This document shows positions 59,076 to 64,000 of a stretch of DNA of 64,000 nucleotides, piece after piece; positions within the stretch are counted from its first letter, which is position 1; each line of letters begins with the position of its first letter. The notes under the pieces were generated by a model. It had not been told where the DNA came from. It did not search any database and was given only the letters and a program-made list of their open reading frames with translations. Source of the stretch: Mobula hypostoma (taxonomy: Eukaryota); contig NC_086097.1 in assembly GCF_963921235.1 (NCBI RefSeq), forward strand, positions 5,704,001-5,768,000, given 5' to 3'. Position numbers and translations under genes: made by a program.

Positions 59076-60734
59076 GTGAGTATGCACGTTCCAACCAATT
59101 AGTGTTTCATTGTGGTGGCACTTAACTTCCAGTCTTGTCAAGACTTGACCAAAAACACAGCGAAGTCTACAGTTCTTTCTTTGTCCTTGAAGGGTTTTTT
59201 TGGATCTAGATGCTGCCTGGCCTGCTGAGTTCCTGCACGATTTTGTGTGTGCTGCTTGGATTTCCCATGTTGGCCACCGTTTTGATTGTTGCTCTAAAGG
59301 AGGAGTATTCTATCTGCAGTGCCGGCATTATCATTCAGATTGAGAGTTTTAGTTAACAGCTCTGCCCATCTGGCATTTATTGTATTTTCTTTGATTCTGC
59401 ACAGTTCTTATTAAAAGTCAGTGAACTGTTGATACAATTCAATGTCTCTCCCTCCACACTTGGGCCATCACTGCCACCCTATGTCACTGGGTTTCTGGAT
59501 GTTAGAACAGTGAGGAAGCCAGGAAGCAAGGCATTTTCTGAAGAAATACCAAGATTCTCACATGTTCTTTCAGGCATGCTCTTTCTACCTGATCCTATTG
59601 TGCTTCTGATCAAATGTATTCCCAGAATGTTGGTAGTGATGTTGCAAATCTGCTGGCCATGAAGAAATTAAAATATAGAAGAAAACATCGGACTCAGATG
59701 GGTCTGGTTCAGTGGTAGTAGACAACCAGATGTCTTTTTCTTGCCATGCGTTTGAAGGATGGAGGCTGCTGTTTCGTGAAGCTGCTCTGTAGCTTCCATT
59801 CTGTGAAATGCTTGATGAACTGATTCTTGCTCTGCAATAGCTTAATCAGAACAATTGTATGTGGATACAAGGAGTTTCTAATGGTGATCTGGTAAACCTG
59901 AGATCATTCTCAAATTCCGTAAGTTGTTTATTGTGCAAAATGGCAGGTTTGCAGAAATATTCTCATTATCTCAGCCTAGTTTAACTGGTCTGAAGCAGAG
60001 TTGAATAGAACAAAAGAAATCACCTAAGGCACAAAGTTGTGTTGTCCTCGGACTACATCCAATGGGAATGCTACACAGGTCATTCAGATAACCTCGCGCC
60101 AACAAGATTGTAGTGCAACATTAGAACTTATGGGGAAGACTATCTGAGTGAAGGGTTTCAAAGGAAAAACAGAACTCTGTGGAATCTAGCTATCACAAGG
60201 AAGAACACCATGGCAGGGGGCTAGGAGAAAAAAGATCAGTTGCTTTACTAATGGGAGATCTCTATTTCAATGTAATATATTAGAGAAGTGGTCTGGGTGA
60301 GTATTGGTACAGAGGGAAGAGTAGAACACACGTTCTAAGTTGTTGGCCCAGGGTCAACATAGTTATGTTGTTGGTTGTATAGAGACAATAAAGTGCAAGC
60401 TTTGATTAATTAACAGTTGTGTAGTTAATTCCTAACCTTGACCAGTTTATGTCTGGTCAACAAAACTGATAGTGTTAATGAACATCCAAAGAAAATTATT
60501 AGATTCTCATTTCACAGAGATGACTATTAACTGGGAGGAAAGGAATTATTGATGCTTTGGCTCCAAACCCTGCATCAGACTACACGTCAATCTGTCACAA
60601 CATTACATGTTAATGTTATTGGTATTGATATTGGAATTGATAACAGATTGCTCTCCATATCATGTTGCTCTGGCTTGTGTATCATGTAGAGAGCTGGCAC
60701 GTCACATCCATGGTTGACTCCAGCAAACACAATT

Positions 60735-62155
60735 GGAATCGGTCAATTATTGTAATATCTAGCAAGATACAGTGAAAAAGGAGCCTTGCATACTGCTTAA
60801 GCAGACCAAATGCAGTGAGGTAGAATAAGGTAAAACAATAACAATGCAGAATAAAATGTAACAGCTACTAGTGCAGTTAAGTGATAAAGTGCAACATCAT
60901 AATGAGGTAGATAGTGAAGCTGAGAGTCCTTTTTATCATATGAAAGGTCCACTCAAGCATCCGATAATAGTGGGCTAGAAGCTGCTCTTGAACCCGGTGG
61001 TTTGTGCTTTCAGGCTTTTGTATCTTCTGTTCATTCTGAGAGGTGTGACGAGAATACACATAAAATTAAGATGTTTGCTGGCCTGGGTTAGCATCAGTGG
61101 CATCAGCAGTTGGTCTGCCACCTGCCCTCAGGGGAAGGAGAGATAAGGAACAATGGAGCAGCGTCTGGAGATGTGTAATGAAGGAACGGGGGAGAGAGAG
61201 CTGTCTGGAGCGGCTCCCCCCTTTGAACCTTGAACTGTTTGAAGTGATGGACAGGCGATACCCCAGCAGGGGGATAAAAAGGGACAGGTTCGCTAAGGCA
61301 ACGCACACGCCACCCGAGGTAACGAGACCCTGGAAGCGGTGCGCCTCTCACGAGTGGGTGAGAAGTACCAGACAACGACCAGGGTGGAAAGGTATGATCA
61401 GCGGGAACCCGGTGTGTGTCCGCCCTTGCCTGGGTGCCGGGTTCACTGCAGAGGATCGACCGCATCTGGAGGAGGGGTCACAGTCGGTGACCTCAGGTGA
61501 CATCACCAAGGACCCGCCCAAAAGCTGCTTGTGAGCCATATCGCCGGTCTGTGAGTGAAGCCGTGTCTGAATGATCAGTTGTTCCTGTTCTCTCTCTCTC
61601 TCCCCCGCCACATTGTCCATCGCCATGGCAACGATTACTGCGAACTGAACTACTAAACTGGACTGAACTTTGAGTCACTTTGAAATTTGGTCATTTACCC
61701 CTAGACAACGATAGAGCTTGATTGATGCTGTTTTCTTAATTCTGTGCACATGTGTGTTTATCATCGCTGAACTGTTGCATTTATTATCCTTTCGATTACT
61801 GTGTTGCTTGTTTCTTTAATAAAACTTTCTTAGTTCTAGTAATCCAGACTCCAACTGAGTGATCCATTTCTGCTGGTTTGGCAACCCAGTTACGGGGTAC
61901 GTAACAGAGGGGAGAAGAGGGAATGCTCTGGGTGAGTGAGGTCTTTATGCTGCTTTACGGAGGCAGCAAGATGTCCATAGAAGGGAGGCTAGTTAAAGAG
62001 ATGTGCTGAGCTGTGTCCAAAACACTTTGCAGTTTCTTGTGGTCGCATCCACAGCAGTTGTCATAGCAAGCTACTACGCACTCAGACAGAACACTTTCTA
62101 TGGTGCATCAATAAAATATCCAAGCGTCAATGGGGAAATGCTAAATTTCTTTAGC
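60735..62155 (-). mobile_element. Rex1/Babar 3' fragment split by a solo LTR
   Basis: AAGCTGCTCTTGAACCCGGTGG...CAGGCTTTTGTATCTTCTG continues after the LTR as GGAGAAGAGGGAATG. Confidence 0.7.
61044..61906 (+). mobile_element. Solo LTR (Gypsy-type), 863 bp, 4-bp TSD, CpG-rich
   Basis: TGTGACG...CGTAACA termini; GAGG at 61040-61043 and 61907-61910; GATAAAA at about 61273; AATAAA at 61818. Confidence 0.9.
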
Positions 62156-62589
62156 CCCAAAGACCATGAGATGTAGGAGCATTATTAGGCCATTTGGCCC
62201 ATTGAGTTTGCTCCACCATTCTATCATGCCTGATTTCAGAATCAGAATCAAATTCACATTTATTATCACCAGCATATGTCCTGCAGCAGACTCAGTGGGA
62301 CGAATGACCTAATTCTGCTCCTTATACCTGACAGTCTTATGGTTTATTGGGACTACAACAATTGAGCAGAAGGAACTAGAGGAATTGCTTAGCTTTGTTG
62401 GCCGTGACATCACATCAGCATAGATGGACCAGGACAGTCTATCAATGGTGTTCACACAAAGGGACCAGGAACTCTCAATCCTCTCAATGGCAATACCACT
62501 GGTGCAGACAGGAGCATATGTACCCCTTTCTGAAGTCAATGACCAGCTTGTTGTGCTGATCACATTGAGGGAGGGTTTATTGTGATTTA

Positions 62590-63458
62590 TGTTGCATGCC
62601 CACAGTTTGATCATGGGACAGTGGGATGATGTAATGGTCTTGTAAGTGGGTTGATGTAATTGTCTCATGACCATGGGGTGATGTTATTTCATGTGATGGC
62701 ATGTTCCCTACAGTATTTAAGGAAGCCGCCAAAGTGTGACGCAGAATTGTACTTTCTATTTTAAGGTGCAAACACATTGAGCTGGCAGTTTCACCAATTG
62801 CTGCCAGTTTTTGTTTGCTGCACCTTTGTTTTACCTTTACAGTCAAGTATTGGAGAGCGAAGGCCTTACTAAAGTACGAGAACCCATAAGTTTATGACGT
62901 TTGGTATTGTGGAAGTGATCGACTGTTTGGAATTGGAATCGTCTGGGAAATTGTGGCAGGCTTGTCTGAGTTAAACGCCTGCAAGTTCAGGACGGTTTAT
63001 GCAGTGTCCACCCTCCCGAGAGGAAAGGTCAGTTACTTTATGACTTTATATTTGGCGTGACTCCTTTGGACAAGGCATCGCTCGACTGTGATCGACAGGT
63101 TCACCATTTTCTTCGGAGGAATTATTGCTGCAGTAAACTCTTTCCTTAAAGACTATGAAACTCACTTGGACTTTTCAACTTACTACTTTAAGACTGTGTT
63201 TGAATTTACCCTTTTATCTCCTTAAAGACTGTGAAACTCACTTGGACTTTTCAACTTACTACTTTAAGACTGTGTTTGAATTTACCCTTTTTCTGAAGTA
63301 TTTCTAAGTTCAACTGTTTGTTTGATATAGCCGTATAACAGTTAACTTCCAGTTAAACTAGTTTGTTTACTTTTCAATGTTTTTGAATAGAGGTTAATAA
63401 ATATTGCTGTTTGTTTATAAAACCTGACTCAATTTCCTATCCATTGTTGCTGGACGCG
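62590..63458 (+). mobile_element. Probable LTR with 3' terminus lost
   Basis: Starts TGTTGCATG; TATTTAA; AATAAA at about 63396; end ATTGTTGCTGGACGC resembles the end of the 56494 LTR (ATTGCTGCTAGCACGTAACA); no TSD seen. Confidence 0.55.
63143..63291. repeat. 76-bp-period tandem duplication
   Basis: 63143-63215 vs 63219-63291: 73 bp with 1 mismatch. Confidence 0.95.
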
Positions 63459-63569
63459 GTTTCTCTTCCCTTGCATGCAGCCTGACCTATTGAGGCAATA
63501 CAGAATTTTCTGTTATTTCAGATTTTCATCAGCAGCAGTTTTTCACATTTTCATCTGTCTAATGTCATC

Positions 63570-63695
63570 ATGTCCTGAGGAAGGGTCTTAACCCGAAAGG
63601 TTGACTGTTTATTCCTCTCCATAGATGCTGCCTGACCTGCTGAGATCCCCCAGCATTTTGTGAATTTCCAGCATCTGCAGAATCTCTTGTGTTTC
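63570..63695 (+). mobile_element. Penelope terminal repeat with hammerhead motif (63572-63607)
   Basis: GUC-CUGAGGA-AGGG(UCUUAA)CCC-GAAAG-GUU-GACUG followed by GATGCTGCCTGACCTGCTGAG...TTTCCAGCATCTGCAG. Confidence 0.8.
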
Positions 63696-64000
63696 TCATA
63701 AGTGGCAATCATTGGCATTCAACTTTGCTAGTTCAGATGCACAAGCTTCTGTAATTACCACAGAATTGAATCTACTTTACACTACATCTACTTTGCAACA
63801 TCAAGTAGTTATTTATTTACAGATACAGAACAGTAACAGACGATTCCAGGAACATCACTGAAGTCGTGTCCAGAAGCACCAATAGATGTATGTACACAGC
63901 ATTTACAGATACAGAACAGTATCAGACCCTCTGGCCCAGCGAACCTGTGCTGCCCGATTACATTCAAGTGACCAACTAGCCAACTAACCAGTATATCTTC

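Noticed and set aside
59990..60460. Possible Gypsy gag/protease remnant (YIQWEC, KVQALIN)
   Set aside because: Only short ambiguous motifs among stops; cannot be supported without a profile search.
61066..61678. Several overlapping 80-145 aa ORFs
   Set aside because: They lie inside a GC-rich solo LTR and show no recognisable domain.

Overview
This is vertebrate genomic DNA, not prokaryotic. The repeat families point to a cartilaginous fish, probably a ray (inference). Most of the window is nested transposable-element debris: many CR1 LINE copies (one, 3438-5672, still has an uninterrupted RT ORF), a near full-length but disabled L1-clade LINE (about 10919-16047), Rex1/Babar fragments, Penelope-like element (PLE) pieces, V-SINEs and other SINEs, RTE-derived short elements, Tc1 remnants and Gypsy-type solo LTRs with 4-bp TSDs. 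No complete host gene is recognisable. There are two convincing isolated exon candidates (58969-59075 on +, 53954-54015 on -). The most interesting signals are RNA-level. (1) PLE-derived short elements carry minimal type I hammerhead ribozyme motifs, and some are inserted as TSD-flanked fold-back palindromes; in the two best-preserved cases the inversion point lies inside the ribozyme. (2) Two short RTE-derived elements begin with a degenerate twister-ribozyme-like motif. Both ribozyme-retroelement associations are known in other taxa, so I cannot claim a new system; their form in this lineage is worth testing. Family assignments come from motif recognition, not database searches, and boundaries of old fragments are approximate.
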